DNA of 64,000 bases from Candidatus Cloacimonetes bacterium HGW-Cloacimonetes-2 (GTDB lineage Bacteria; Cloacimonadota; Cloacimonadia; Cloacimonadales; Cloacimonadaceae), in assembly GCA_002842035.1 (NCBI GenBank), contig PHBP01000001.1, positions 39,674 to 103,673 of the forward strand, given 5' to 3'. The position numbers and the translations under genes are program-made. The notes under the pieces were generated by a model. It did no database searches and had not been told where the DNA came from. It worked only from the letters and a program-made list of their open reading frames with translations. This document shows positions 29,400 to 39,204 of this stretch, piece after piece (position 1 is the first letter of the stretch; the number at the start of each line of letters is the position of its first letter).

Positions 29400-30306
29400 G
29401 CCTTAGATCTTTGTGGAGCTCTATTCTCCTGCCACCTTTGGAAAAGCTAAGATGATCCGAGAAGTGATAAAGCAGCGATATACCCCTGCCTGTCTCATCC
29501 ACATTGAGTTTTGGCTCGTCCTGCACTTTTTGCACCCAGCTTTCATAGTCAAATCCATTCCCGTCGTCTTCCATAGAGAGCTTCACTTTGTGCTCAGTAC
29601 CAAGTATTTCCAGCTCAAAGCGGATACGTTTGGCTGCCATTAGGGGATCAGTCAGCTTCTCATCTATGATCTCTTTTAGCTTGTCCTGGCAGAGATGCCT
29701 CTGTTCTCGTGAGAGCTGCAAAGTACCATGGATAAACGCATTATAAGCCATTTCATCTACACAGACCAGGATCTCACTAAGCAATTTTTGAGGAATATCA
29801 AACTTCCTATTGATAAAGGATGACACAACGTGGGATAGACTCAGATTGGGGAATTCCAGCGGGGTTATCACCAGATTGAGGCGAGTGGACTCTATATGTT
29901 TGTAGAAATCAGAGAGACCTGTTTTGGCTCGCCTCATTTCTATGAGTCTTCTGATGGAATGAAGCATCATATTGGAATCTACAGGTTTGCTGATAAAATC
30001 TGCAGCACCCAGCCTGATTGCCTTGATAAAGTAATCCTGATCCAGATAACCGGTCATCAGAATAACATCAATATCTTTGCTCTCATCCTTTTGCAGGCGT
30101 TCCAGAAAGTCCAATCCGGAAAGACCTGGCATCTCAATATCACAGATCACCAAGTCGTAGCTATTCTGGTGCAGCTTGCCCAGGGCATCCGTACCATTGT
30201 GTGCTGAATCTGTTACAAACCCGTGGAACTGCAGTATCTTACATAGGCTGTCCACTATAGAGACGCTATCGTCAACAACGAGTATCTTTGCCGGGCTATC
30301 GTGCAT
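29368..30306 (-). CDS. Response-regulator receiver domain fused to an RsbW/SpoIIAB-like HATPase (serine kinase) domain
   Basis: Receiver: ILVVDDS..DLVICDIEMPGLSG..KPV. HATPase boxes: EMAYNAFIHG (N box), EDDGNGFD (G1) and GRGISLL (G2). Confidence 0.75.
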   Translation of the reverse strand: MHDSPAKILVVDDSVSIVDSLCKILQFHGFVTDSAHNGTDALGKLHQNSYDLVICDIEMPGLSGLDFLERLQKDESKDIDVILMTGYLDQDYFIKAIRLGAADFISKPVDSNMMLHSIRRLIEMRRAKTGLSDFYKHIESTRLNLVITPLEFPNLSLSHVVSSFINRKFDIPQKLLSEILVCVDEMAYNAFIHGTLQLSREQRHLCQDKLKEIIDEKLTDPLMAAKRIRFELEILGTEHKVKLSMEDDGNGFDYESWVQKVQDEPKLNVDETGRGISLLYHFSDHLSFSKGGRRIELHKDLRLGSFTSNDPS

Positions 30307-30307
30307 T

Positions 30308-30616
30308 CTAACCCAAATTGACTGTGAAGAGTTGATTCAGCTTGAGCATGGAGAACAGCTCATAGACGCTGTTTGAGCTGCGAACCACCTCAATCTCGCC
30401 ACCTTTTCCGATGAAATCTTTGTAAAACAAAAGTATTTTGCCGATACCGGTCGAACTGATGTTGCGGCACTCAAAGAGATCCAGCTCCAAGAGCGTGGCA
30501 TCAGAGTTGTAAACCTCGGTCAGTTTTTCCTGAAGTTGATGCGCATTCTCGCTATTCAAGATACCTTCGATCTTCATTGTCGCGACGTTGTTCTTAATCT
30601 GCAGATCAATAGTCAT
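30308..30616 (-). CDS. STAS-domain anti-sigma-factor antagonist (SpoIIAA/RsbV-like)
   Basis: 102 aa with the typical phospho-Ser context DLFECRNISSTGIGKIL. Its stop lies 1 nt before the downstream kinase start. Confidence 0.8.
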   Translation of the reverse strand: MTIDLQIKNNVATMKIEGILNSENAHQLQEKLTEVYNSDATLLELDLFECRNISSTGIGKILLFYKDFIGKGGEIEVVRSSNSVYELFSMLKLNQLFTVNLG

Positions 30617-30651
30617 AACTTTACTCCTTTTCCGAAATGGCCTTTTATCCT

Positions 30652-30680
30652 AAGTTAAACGCCAGAGCTTACTTTGTCAA
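30652..30680 (-). promoter_or_regulatory. Sigma70-like promoter for the STAS-kinase operon
   Basis: Minus strand: TTGACA (30675-30680), 17 nt spacer, TAACTT (30652-30657), about 35 nt upstream of the STAS start. Confidence 0.4.
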
Positions 30681-30685
30681 GCAGA

Positions 30686-32797
30686 TTAATCTGCATAACC
30701 CCGGATCTTTTTCAGGACGGCTGTTTGCACGTTCGCTGGACTGATCTCGTATTTCTTAAATTCCAATGTATAGATCGCCCTGCCCTGGCTGAGAGAGCGT
30801 ATTCTGGTAGCATAACCAAAGAGTTCCGAGAGCGGCACATCCGCGATGATTTCCTGCTGAATTTCACTATGGCGACGCATAACCTCGATCTTACCGCGTT
30901 TGGCATTGATGTCAGAGATGATATCCCCCACAAAATCATCCGGAGAAAGCACTGTCAGCAGCATAATCGGCTCCATAATTACCGGATCTGCCATTCGCAG
31001 AGCCTTGCCGATCGCCATCGATGTCGAGATCCTAAAGGCCAGCTCATTGGAATCCACCGGATTGAAAGCACCATCGATCAGCTCAATTTTTACGCGCTCA
31101 ATAGCCCCGCTGATCAGAGGCCCGTCATTGAGCGTATTCATCGCGGCTTCCTCGATTGCCTTCCAATATTCCTGTGGTATCTTTTCCGGTGAAATGCTAT
31201 TCACAAAGAGGTTTTTCTCCTCATCCGGTAAATCCTGCGGACTGATCGGACTAATCCGGAACTTCACCTGGGCAAAATTGCCTTTGCCGTTCATATCGCG
31301 CACAAATGTCTCTTCCGCAATCAGTTCTTTGGTAATCGTCTCCTTGTAAGAAACTTGGGGGTTACCGACATTTGCCGATACATTAAACTCTCGTTTGAGC
31401 CTGTCCACAATGATATCCAGATGGAGCTCGCCCATCCCGGAGATCAGGGTCTGGCCTGAATCTTTATCAATATGAACCTTGAAAGTGGGATCTTCTTCTT
31501 CCAGCCTGGTGAGTGCTTCCTTGAGGCTCTCCTGATCAGCTTTGGTCTTGGGCTCGATGGCAATCGAGATCACAGAATCCGGGAAATGCATCTTGCTGAG
31601 ATGAACTTCCAGCTTGCCATCCGTGATGGTATCTCCTGTAATCAGGAATCTGGAACCCACGAATGCGCCGATATCTCCGGCATGCAGATTATCCAGATCG
31701 ACCTTGCGATTGGACATCATCGAAAGCATCCGCGATACCCTTTCGCGCTTGCCATTCGTCTGGTTTACAAAGCTTTCGCCTTTCTTCAAAGTACCGGAAT
31801 AGACACGTACATAAACCAATTTACCCACATACTTATCGACCTGCACTTTAAAAGCCATCGCCACAAAGGGAGCATTGGGATCGGAACGCACAATGACCGG
31901 AGTCTTGGATTCTGGGTCGGAACCTTCGACCGGAGGAATATCCAGCGGTGAGGGCATATAGTCGCATATCGCATCCAGAAGCAATTGCACGCCTCTGTTG
32001 CGCAGCGAACTTCCGCAAAGCACCGGCACAAATTCATTCTGCACCGTTCCCCTGCGAATTGCACGTCTGATCAGATCCTGCGGGATGTTTTCACCTTCCA
32101 GAAAGAGCATCATCAGTTCATCATCAAATTCTGAGATCGATTCCAGGAGATGTTCCCTCGCCTCCTTAGCCTCTTCCAGCATATTGTGGGGAATCTCCGA
32201 AGCCTTGGTCTCCTGTCCGTAGGTTAGCGGATCAAAGTGCCAGGCAGTCATCGTGATCAGGTCGATCACACCTTCAAAATGATCTTCGCGTCCGATCGGG
32301 ATATTTATCGGGACTGCTTTGGCCGTAAGCCTTTCGTGAATCATCTGGATCACACGGTCATAATCCGCACCGGTGCGGTCCATCTTGTTGATATATGCCA
32401 TTCTGGGGATCTGGTAACGATCCGCCTGATGCCAGACCGTTTCGGATTGGGGCTCTACCCCACCGACCGCGCAAAAAACGCCAATCGCTCCATCCAAAAC
32501 TCTGAGGCTGCGTTCCACCTCTGCGGTGAAATCGACGTGTCCGGGTGTATCTATGATATTGATTTTGTGTTCTTTCCAAAAGCACGAAACCGTTGCAGCG
32601 GTGATCGTAATCCCGCGCTCACGCTCCTGCTCCATCCAGTCTGTAAAGGCATTTCCATCGTGGACTTCGCCCATCTTGTGTAAAAATCCGGTATAAAAGA
32701 GGATACGTTCGGTCGTTGTCGTCTTACCGGCATCAATGTGAGCCATGATCCCGATATTTCGGATCAGGCTCAGAGTAGTCTCAGCTTCGCTTTTCAT
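30686..32797 (-). CDS. Elongation factor G family GTPase (stand-alone paralog)
   Basis: [27 protein letters not shown] and NKMDR G-motifs. All five EF-G domains fit the 703 aa length. It is not in an rpsL-rpsG-fusA-tuf context. Confidence 0.9.
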   Translation of the reverse strand: MKSEAETTLSLIRNIGIMAHIDAGKTTTTERILFYTGFLHKMGEVHDGNAFTDWMEQERERGITITAATVSCFWKEHKINIIDTPGHVDFTAEVERSLRVLDGAIGVFCAVGGVEPQSETVWHQADRYQIPRMAYINKMDRTGADYDRVIQMIHERLTAKAVPINIPIGREDHFEGVIDLITMTAWHFDPLTYGQETKASEIPHNMLEEAKEAREHLLESISEFDDELMMLFLEGENIPQDLIRRAIRRGTVQNEFVPVLCGSSLRNRGVQLLLDAICDYMPSPLDIPPVEGSDPESKTPVIVRSDPNAPFVAMAFKVQVDKYVGKLVYVRVYSGTLKKGESFVNQTNGKRERVSRMLSMMSNRKVDLDNLHAGDIGAFVGSRFLITGDTITDGKLEVHLSKMHFPDSVISIAIEPKTKADQESLKEALTRLEEEDPTFKVHIDKDSGQTLISGMGELHLDIIVDRLKREFNVSANVGNPQVSYKETITKELIAEETFVRDMNGKGNFAQVKFRISPISPQDLPDEEKNLFVNSISPEKIPQEYWKAIEEAAMNTLNDGPLISGAIERVKIELIDGAFNPVDSNELAFRISTSMAIGKALRMADPVIMEPIMLLTVLSPDDFVGDIISDINAKRGKIEVMRRHSEIQQEIIADVPLSELFGYATRIRSLSQGRAIYTLEFKKYEISPANVQTAVLKKIRGYAD

Positions 32798-32904
32798 CGT
32801 GATTATTTCCTTTTGATCAGCTTTGTTTACCCAAACAGCCGATCCCGATCCAGTTTTGGAACCTTGACTTCTTTGTCCACAAAAAAATGCTCTGAGCCCC
32901 TTTC

Positions 32905-33020
32905 GCTCTGCTTGATATCCTGCATCTATCCTGCTTGTATCCTGCTTGAATCCTGTATGAACAAGTATGATCTATCTGTCATATAAGCGGTTAGCATTGT
33001 TTCACTGAATAGGAGCGCAG
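32905..33020 (+). repeat. Intergenic repeat family B, copy 4
   Basis: cttgatatcctg catctatcctg cttgtatcctg cttgaatcctg tatgaacaagtatgatc..gttagcattgtttcactgaataggagcg. Confidence 0.8.
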
Positions 33021-33079
33021 TGGGATTGTGGCTATTGTGTTGAGAAGGACAGCTTTGGCGATATTGGCGTTTAGATATA

Positions 33080-33112
33080 GAAAAACGGACAGATCGGTTG
33101 ATCCGTCCGTTT
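33080..33112 (-). terminator. Rho-independent terminator of the carbamoyltransferase gene
   Basis: Minus strand: aaacggac-ggatcaaccgatct-gtccgttt, with the T run continuing as ttttt. Confidence 0.7.
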
Positions 33113-33132
33113 GAATAGTAATGTCTTGAGGC

Positions 33133-34134
33133 TCAGCTACCTAAGGTGGCAACCATCACAGCCTTGATTGTGTGCATACGGTTTTCGGCTTCGTCAAAGA
33201 CTACGGAAGCTGGACTTTCGAAGACTTCGTCGGTGACTTCCATAGCTGTGAGACCGAATTTCTCGTTGATTTCGCGGCCTACCTTGGTCTTGAGATCGTG
33301 GAAGGCGGGCAGGCAGTGCATAAAGATAGTGCTGGTTTTGCCGGTCTTCTTCATCATTGCGCTGTTTACCTGATAGGGCTTGAGCAATTTGATACGGCTT
33401 TCCCATACGCTGTCCGGCTCGCCCATCGAGACCCAAACGTCTGTATAGATCACGTCTGCGCCTTTGACACCCTTTGCAACATCATCAGTAAAGCTGATCT
33501 TTGCGCCGGTTTCTTTGGCTGCTTTTTCGCATTTGGCGACCAATTTCTTATCTGGGAAAAGGGTCTTGGGGGCTACAATTCTGAAATCCATACCGGTCTT
33601 GGCGGCACCGATCATCAGAGCGTTTGCGACGTTATTGCGTCCGTCTCCGGCATACACGAAAACCATCTCATTGAGAGGCTTGTTGAGGTGTTCCATAGCA
33701 GTGAGGAAATCAGCCAAAACCTGGGTGGGATGGTCTTGATCGGTAAGGCCGTTCCAAACGGGCACTCCGGCATACTGGGCAAGCTCTTCCACAATTTCCT
33801 GCCCATAGCCACGATATTCTATACCATCGTACATACGACCCAAAACACGGGCTGTATCGGCAATGGATTCCTTCTTTCCCATCTGGCTTCCGGTAGGGCC
33901 AAGATAAGTAACATGGGCACCTTGATCCAAAGCTGCGACTTCAAAAGCGCAACGTGTACGGGTGCTGTCTTTTTCAAAGATCAGAGCTATGTTTTTGCCT
34001 TTTAGGCGTTGCTGCTCTGTTCCGGCATACTTGGCTTTCTTGAGATCAAGCGAAAGATCCAGCAAGAATTTTACTTCTTGAGGGGTGAAATCCATCAAGG
34101 TCAGGAAGTGTCTGTTTCTGAGATTTACTGGCAT
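33133..34134 (-). CDS. argF: Ornithine carbamoyltransferase
   Basis: [17 protein letters not shown] and HCLPAFH motifs. The start [11 protein letters not shown] at 34134 is preceded by aaggag. Confidence 0.9.
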   Translation of the reverse strand: MPVNLRNRHFLTLMDFTPQEVKFLLDLSLDLKKAKYAGTEQQRLKGKNIALIFEKDSTRTRCAFEVAALDQGAHVTYLGPTGSQMGKKESIADTARVLGRMYDGIEYRGYGQEIVEELAQYAGVPVWNGLTDQDHPTQVLADFLTAMEHLNKPLNEMVFVYAGDGRNNVANALMIGAAKTGMDFRIVAPKTLFPDKKLVAKCEKAAKETGAKISFTDDVAKGVKGADVIYTDVWVSMGEPDSVWESRIKLLKPYQVNSAMMKKTGKTSTIFMHCLPAFHDLKTKVGREINEKFGLTAMEVTDEVFESPASVVFDEAENRMHTIKAVMVATLGS

Positions 34135-34345
34135 TGTGAACTCCTTATGGGTTTTTATTTTCTTTATAGGTGCCATAATTTTATCTTCTGTTTAAAGGGC
34201 AAGGTTTTTTAGCTTGTGTTTTTTTCAAAGCTTAAAAAAAGTGATCAGAATCTCTGTTTTTATGCAGGAAGAGATTGTATTAGAAGTATAGAAGATTATA
34301 TAGAAGGGGCGTGTCCCGTTTTGGAACCGCTTTGAAAGAGGGGAA

Positions 34346-35593
34346 ATGAAAAGATTTATTTTTGTCTTGTTGCTGCTGCCAATGGCTTTGGCAGGGCAAA
34401 CTTACAAGCTTGAGGACTTGGTCAATTATGGCTTGGAGCATAGCTGGGATATGCAGAAAAGCGAGCTCGGGCTCGAGAGCAGCCGTTCCGCATATCGCAG
34501 CAGCAAATGGAACTTATTGCCTGATGTCTCGGTATTTGCCGGGATTGATCAGGATCTTACTGATAATTCGGCACCTCGCAGCAGCCTCTCAAGCTCTGCC
34601 GGATTTAGCGTTTCCAAGACAATCAGCTTAAACGATGCCGCTTATTTTCAGTATCGTTATGCCAGTCTCGACCGGGAAACTGCAGAGATGGAGTATAGTT
34701 CAGCCAGACGCAAGTATGCTTACGACGTCGTGAATGCCTATTTCAATGTGCTGAGTTCCCAGAAGAGGCTTGCCTCGCTTACGGAGAATCTCAATATTCA
34801 AACCCGTGTGCTGGAACATAGCCGGGTGCTTTTTGAACTGGGCAGGAATACAAACTTTGACGTAAAGCAATCCGAGATCGCTGTGATGAGCTCTCAGGTA
34901 GCCATTATCCAGCTTCAGAATACGATTGAGACTGCTAGAAGGAGTCTCTTTGATCTGATCCAAAAAGCAGATGAGGGTTATCCTTTGGAAGATATCGGGC
35001 TCTCGGATGAATACACAGTTCCTGCTGTTGATCCGGAGCAAATCGAGAGTATCAGGATGCTCAAACAGAGCATCAAACGAAACGATATCGGGCTGCTGCA
35101 AAGCAAGCTGGATTATTTCCCCAATCTTAGTTTGGCATACAACTTCCGTCGTAGCGTGGGAGGAGATGACTTTGATTTTGATACATATAGCACTGTGCAC
35201 GGTCTCTCGCTCAATCTGTCTTATTCGCTATGGTCACCTTTCCGCAACAAGGAAAGCTATAGCCGCAACAGGATAAACAACCAGATGGCAGAGCTTAATC
35301 TCAATAGTAGCATCACAGGAATCAACAGCCAGTATCAGAGGATAAACAGCCAGCTGGGATACCTGCAGCGACTGGATGAGCTTTATCTGGAACAGCTCGA
35401 GCAATCCCGCCAACAGATCAGTATCGCCGAAGAGCGTTATCGCCTGGGCTTGATAGAGCTTTTGGAATTGGACAAGACACGTACAGCTTATATTGACGCT
35501 GATATCAACTACTCGGCAAACAGGTATCAAATCCTGCAGGTAAGAGAAGAATTGAACTATCTGCTTTCGCAGCGCATTTTGGGAATCTGGTAA
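34346..35593 (+). CDS. TolC-family outer-membrane efflux protein
   Basis: Signal peptide, two-fold repeated coiled-coil/beta architecture, and position ahead of the MacAB-type genes. Confidence 0.8.
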   Translation: MKRFIFVLLLLPMALAGQTYKLEDLVNYGLEHSWDMQKSELGLESSRSAYRSSKWNLLPDVSVFAGIDQDLTDNSAPRSSLSSSAGFSVSKTISLNDAAYFQYRYASLDRETAEMEYSSARRKYAYDVVNAYFNVLSSQKRLASLTENLNIQTRVLEHSRVLFELGRNTNFDVKQSEIAVMSSQVAIIQLQNTIETARRSLFDLIQKADEGYPLEDIGLSDEYTVPAVDPEQIESIRMLKQSIKRNDIGLLQSKLDYFPNLSLAYNFRRSVGGDDFDFDTYSTVHGLSLNLSYSLWSPFRNKESYSRNRINNQMAELNLNSSITGINSQYQRINSQLGYLQRLDELYLEQLEQSRQQISIAEERYRLGLIELLELDKTRTAYIDADINYSANRYQILQVREELNYLLSQRILGIW

Positions 35594-35613
35594 GGCAATT
35601 TAAGGACAAAAAA

Positions 35614-37008
35614 TTGACTAAGAAAAGAATAATCCGCATAGGCGTAATAATACTATTGATAGTGGCAGCTCTGATTGTGTTCAACCGCTGCACCAAAAAC
35701 AAGAACAAACCTGAATGGCGCACGGATTCTACGTCAGAAGGCTCAATCCGCGAGGTAGTGACTGCAACAGGTTCTCTCAATCCCTATGTCCTGGTGGAAG
35801 TGGGAACGGAAGTAAGCGGTAAGATAGAGCGAGTTTACAAAGACTTTAACGATCGGGTAAGGCAGGGTGAACTCCTCGCCAAGCTCGATACAGAGATACT
35901 TCAGACCAATTTACAAAGTGCAAACAACGATCTGCAGCGTGCTCAGACTGCACTTGACGAAGCAGAGCTGAATTATAACCATGCTCAGGAACTCTTTAAT
36001 AGAGGGATGACATCTCAGTATGAGAAGCTCTCTGCCAAGTTCAAGTATGATCAGGCTGTGATAGCCAAGAACACTGCACAGCTTTCCAAGCAAAGGGCAG
36101 AAAAGAACCTGCAGAATGCCTACATCAAGTCCCCTATCAATGGGATCATTGTTTCCCGCGATATTGAGGAAGGGCAGACCGTAGCTGCCAGTATGAATGC
36201 ACCCACGCTCTTCAAGATTGCCAACAACTTGTCTCAAATGCAGATTACTGCAGCAATAGACGAAGCCGATATTGGCAAGATCAAGATAGGTATGCCGGTG
36301 GAATTCACTGTGGATGCGTATCCCAACGAGAACTTTGAAGGTAGCGTCCAGCAGATCAGGCTCAATCCTGATACTGAGCAGAACGTAGTGAGTTACTCTG
36401 TGATTATAGACGCAGCTAATCCACGCCAGATGCTGCTTCCGGGGATGACGACCAATGTCACCATTGTAATCCAATCCAAAGAGAACGTCCTGCGTATTCC
36501 TGAATCAGCCACACGCTTCCGTCCCAGTAAAGAGATTTGGGAGCAGATGGGACTCAAGTGGTCGGATGATCTCTTGTCTTCTGCCCGCAGAGGCGGACGT
36601 TCAGGTGCCGGAGCTGCTCCCTCGATGGCTCAAGGCAGCCCCACTCCCCAAACCGGCAGACCCGGTGGAGTGCGTCCTGATAGCTCCAGAGCCCATGGTC
36701 CTCGCGGAAGAGGACCTCGTGGTGCAGCAGCGGATTCCACCCGTCTTGGTGGAGCACCGGGAGCAAACCCCGGTATGCCTACCCGTAGAATGGGTTTTGC
36801 TTTGGTCTGGGTACTCAAGGATGGAGAGCCCAAACCGGTTCCAGTGCGCACAGGTATCTCGGACGGTGCTTATATTGAGGTGATTGAAGGGATAGAGCCG
36901 GGGACAACATTGGTTACCGGTGTGAACTATAAAGACGCCAAACAGGCAGCAGCAGCCGGTAGTGTCACCAATCCCACCGGTGGTCCCGGTATGGGCAGAA
37001 GGTTCTAA
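35614..37008 (+). CDS. Efflux periplasmic adaptor (HlyD/MacA family) with a Gly/Pro/Arg-rich insertion
   Basis: N-terminal TM helix, lipoyl-like GELLAKLD..IKSPINGIIV, and a long coiled coil. The TTG start at 35614 follows taaggac. Confidence 0.8.
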   Translation: MTKKRIIRIGVIILLIVAALIVFNRCTKNKNKPEWRTDSTSEGSIREVVTATGSLNPYVLVEVGTEVSGKIERVYKDFNDRVRQGELLAKLDTEILQTNLQSANNDLQRAQTALDEAELNYNHAQELFNRGMTSQYEKLSAKFKYDQAVIAKNTAQLSKQRAEKNLQNAYIKSPINGIIVSRDIEEGQTVAASMNAPTLFKIANNLSQMQITAAIDEADIGKIKIGMPVEFTVDAYPNENFEGSVQQIRLNPDTEQNVVSYSVIIDAANPRQMLLPGMTTNVTIVIQSKENVLRIPESATRFRPSKEIWEQMGLKWSDDLLSSARRGGRSGAGAAPSMAQGSPTPQTGRPGGVRPDSSRAHGPRGRGPRGAAADSTRLGGAPGANPGMPTRRMGFALVWVLKDGEPKPVPVRTGISDGAYIEVIEGIEPGTTLVTGVNYKDAKQAAAAGSVTNPTGGPGMGRRF

Positions 37009-37013
37009 TCGCA

Positions 37014-37763
37014 ATGCCTGAATTACTTATCAAGACTCAACACCTTACCAAGACCTATCAGATGGGCGAAGTCAAGGTGCATGCTCTACGTGGCGTTGAC
37101 CTAGAGATTCACAAGGGTGAATTCATTGCCATTATGGGCGCCAGCGGCTCCGGCAAGACTACTTTTATGAATCTGCTGGGTTGCCTGGATCACCCATCGG
37201 GTGGGACATATTGGCTGGACGGTACTGATGTCCACGCTATCAGCGATACAGAGCTCACCCGCATCCGCAACCAAAAGATTGGCTATGTCTTCCAGTCCTT
37301 TTACCTGTTACCCCGTACTACTGCGATGGAGAATGTCGAGCTCCCCTTGCTCTACCGCAATAAACTCAATCATCACCAGCGTCACGAGCTAGCTATATCC
37401 GCAATGCGCAAGGTCAGCATTGAAGACCGGATGCACCACTTTCCCAATCAGCTTTCAGGAGGTCAGCAGCAGCGTGTTGCCATTGCCCGTGCCATCGTAA
37501 ACGAACCTGTCTTCCTCCTGGCAGACGAGCCCACCGGTAATCTTGACACACGCACCAGCCTGGAAGTAATGGCTGTCTTTCAGCAGCTTCACAAAGAGGG
37601 CAAGACCATCGTTTTGGTGACTCACGAGCAGGACATCGCCTCCTATGCACAGCGCAACATTACCTTCAGAGATGGCAAAATCGTAGCAGATACAACGAAC
37701 CCCAATCCCAAAGACGCCCTCTCCGACTTGGCGAGACTGCCCAAACTGGATGAGGAGGAATAA
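37014..37763 (+). CDS. ABC transporter ATP-binding protein (MacB/LolD type)
   Basis: Walker [10 protein letters not shown], signature [14 protein letters not shown], Walker [12 protein letters not shown]. Confidence 0.92.
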   Translation: MPELLIKTQHLTKTYQMGEVKVHALRGVDLEIHKGEFIAIMGASGSGKTTFMNLLGCLDHPSGGTYWLDGTDVHAISDTELTRIRNQKIGYVFQSFYLLPRTTAMENVELPLLYRNKLNHHQRHELAISAMRKVSIEDRMHHFPNQLSGGQQQRVAIARAIVNEPVFLLADEPTGNLDTRTSLEVMAVFQQLHKEGKTIVLVTHEQDIASYAQRNITFRDGKIVADTTNPNPKDALSDLARLPKLDEEE

Positions 37764-38981
37764 ATGAATATATTCGGAATTCTCAGAATAGCCATCAAGT
37801 CCCTGGGACGCAACAAGACCCGCACCTTCCTCACTATGCTTGGAATAATGATCGGCGTGGCAGCCGTGATCGCTATGCTCGCCATTGGTCAGGGTGCAAA
37901 GAAGATTGTGGACGACCAGATCAACAGTATGGGCACAAACGTCATCATAATCAGTTCAAACTTCTCTTCCCAGCGCTCCACTGTGCAATCCGCAGCCGGC
38001 AGCGGTAACCTCCTGGAGGTGGAAGACACCGAAGCTATCCGTGACAGAATCGATGGCGTTCTCTATGCCTCAACCGTCTTCACCACCTTTGGACAGCTCA
38101 AGTTTGAAGGCAACAACTGGCGTACCGGCGTGATGGGAGTCGATGCTGATTATTTTAACATCCGCGATATGCAGGCAGAGCAGGGGCATCTTTTCTACCC
38201 CTCAGATGTAGAAAACAGCACCAAAGTCTGCGTAATCGGCAAGACTGTAGCGGACAATCTCTTTGGCGAAGCTGACCCTCTGGAAAAGATCATCCGTATT
38301 CGGAATGTGCCTTTCAAGGTGGTCGGAGTCCTCAAGGCCAAGGGACAAAACTCTATGGGCCAGGATCAGGATGATACTGTGATTGCGCCCTATTCTACAG
38401 TTTACGCAAGGCTCTTAGGCCAGCGCTGGCGCAATATGATGATTATGGTCTCAGCAGAATCCAAAGAGCGCATTCATATAGTTCAGCAAGACATCCTCGA
38501 TCTCTTACAAAGCCGTCATCGCGGCACCACAAGCGAGGAATTCTACGTGCGGACACAGACTGATCTCGCAGAAGCAGCCAGTTCTGTCTCGGACACGATG
38601 ACCATCCTGCTCGCCAGCATTGCAGGGATATCCCTCTTGGTAGGCGGTATCGGTATTATGAACATAATGCTGGTCTCCGTGACCGAACGCATCAAAGAAA
38701 TCGGCATCAGAATGGCTGTGGGAGCAAACAAGAAAGACGTCCTGCTGCAATTCATCATCGAAGCCGTCACCATCAGCATCTTTGGTGGATTGATTGGCAT
38801 TGGCCTGGGCTTTCTTGCCTCAGGCATAGTCGGCAAGTATATGAATTGGGCAGTAGAGGTTACCCCTTGGTCAGTGATGCTTTCCGTAGGTTTTTCCTGC
38901 GCAATAGGCATCTTCTTTGGCTGGTATCCCGCCAGTAAAGCTGCCAATCTCAACCTGATCGACGCCCTGCGTTACGAATAA
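37764..38981 (+). CDS. ABC transporter permease (MacB periplasmic domain + FtsX-like)
   Basis: N-terminal TM helix, ~250 aa periplasmic domain, and three C-terminal TM helices with ERIKEIGIRMAVGA. Confidence 0.9.
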   Translation: MNIFGILRIAIKSLGRNKTRTFLTMLGIMIGVAAVIAMLAIGQGAKKIVDDQINSMGTNVIIISSNFSSQRSTVQSAAGSGNLLEVEDTEAIRDRIDGVLYASTVFTTFGQLKFEGNNWRTGVMGVDADYFNIRDMQAEQGHLFYPSDVENSTKVCVIGKTVADNLFGEADPLEKIIRIRNVPFKVVGVLKAKGQNSMGQDQDDTVIAPYSTVYARLLGQRWRNMMIMVSAESKERIHIVQQDILDLLQSRHRGTTSEEFYVRTQTDLAEAASSVSDTMTILLASIAGISLLVGGIGIMNIMLVSVTERIKEIGIRMAVGANKKDVLLQFIIEAVTISIFGGLIGIGLGFLASGIVGKYMNWAVEVTPWSVMLSVGFSCAIGIFFGWYPASKAANLNLIDALRYE

Positions 38982-39000
38982 ACCACTATCTGATTCTTGG

Positions 39001-39030
39001 GCAAGAACATCGGTTGTTCTTGCCTTTTTC
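39001..39030 (+). terminator. Rho-independent terminator of the efflux operon
   Basis: gcaagaaca-tcggt-tgttcttgc followed by ctttttctttg. Confidence 0.8.
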
Positions 39031-39037
39031 TTTGCCT

Positions 39038-39134
39038 TGATCTACAGCAGATCACCAGCAATTCAAGAGCAATTCACCTCGAACCGCGTTCGACTTGATT
39101 TGCTCTTGATCTGCTCTTGATATCGGCTTGATTA
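39038..39134 (+). repeat. Intergenic repeat family A, copy 2
   Basis: tgatctacagcagatcaccagcaattcaagagcaattcacctcgaac-cgc-gttcgacttgatttgctcttgatctgctcttgat... Confidence 0.85.
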
Positions 39135-39155
39135 TTGGACAGCAATCAGCGGGCA

Positions 39156-39183
39156 ATAAAAAAAGGGGATACCACGATCCCCT
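39156..39183 (-). terminator. Rho-independent terminator of the PDZ-OMP gene
   Basis: Minus strand: aggggat-cgtggt-atcccct followed by ttttttt. Confidence 0.8.
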
Positions 39184-39204
39184 TTATCAAGACAATTTGT
39201 TCTA

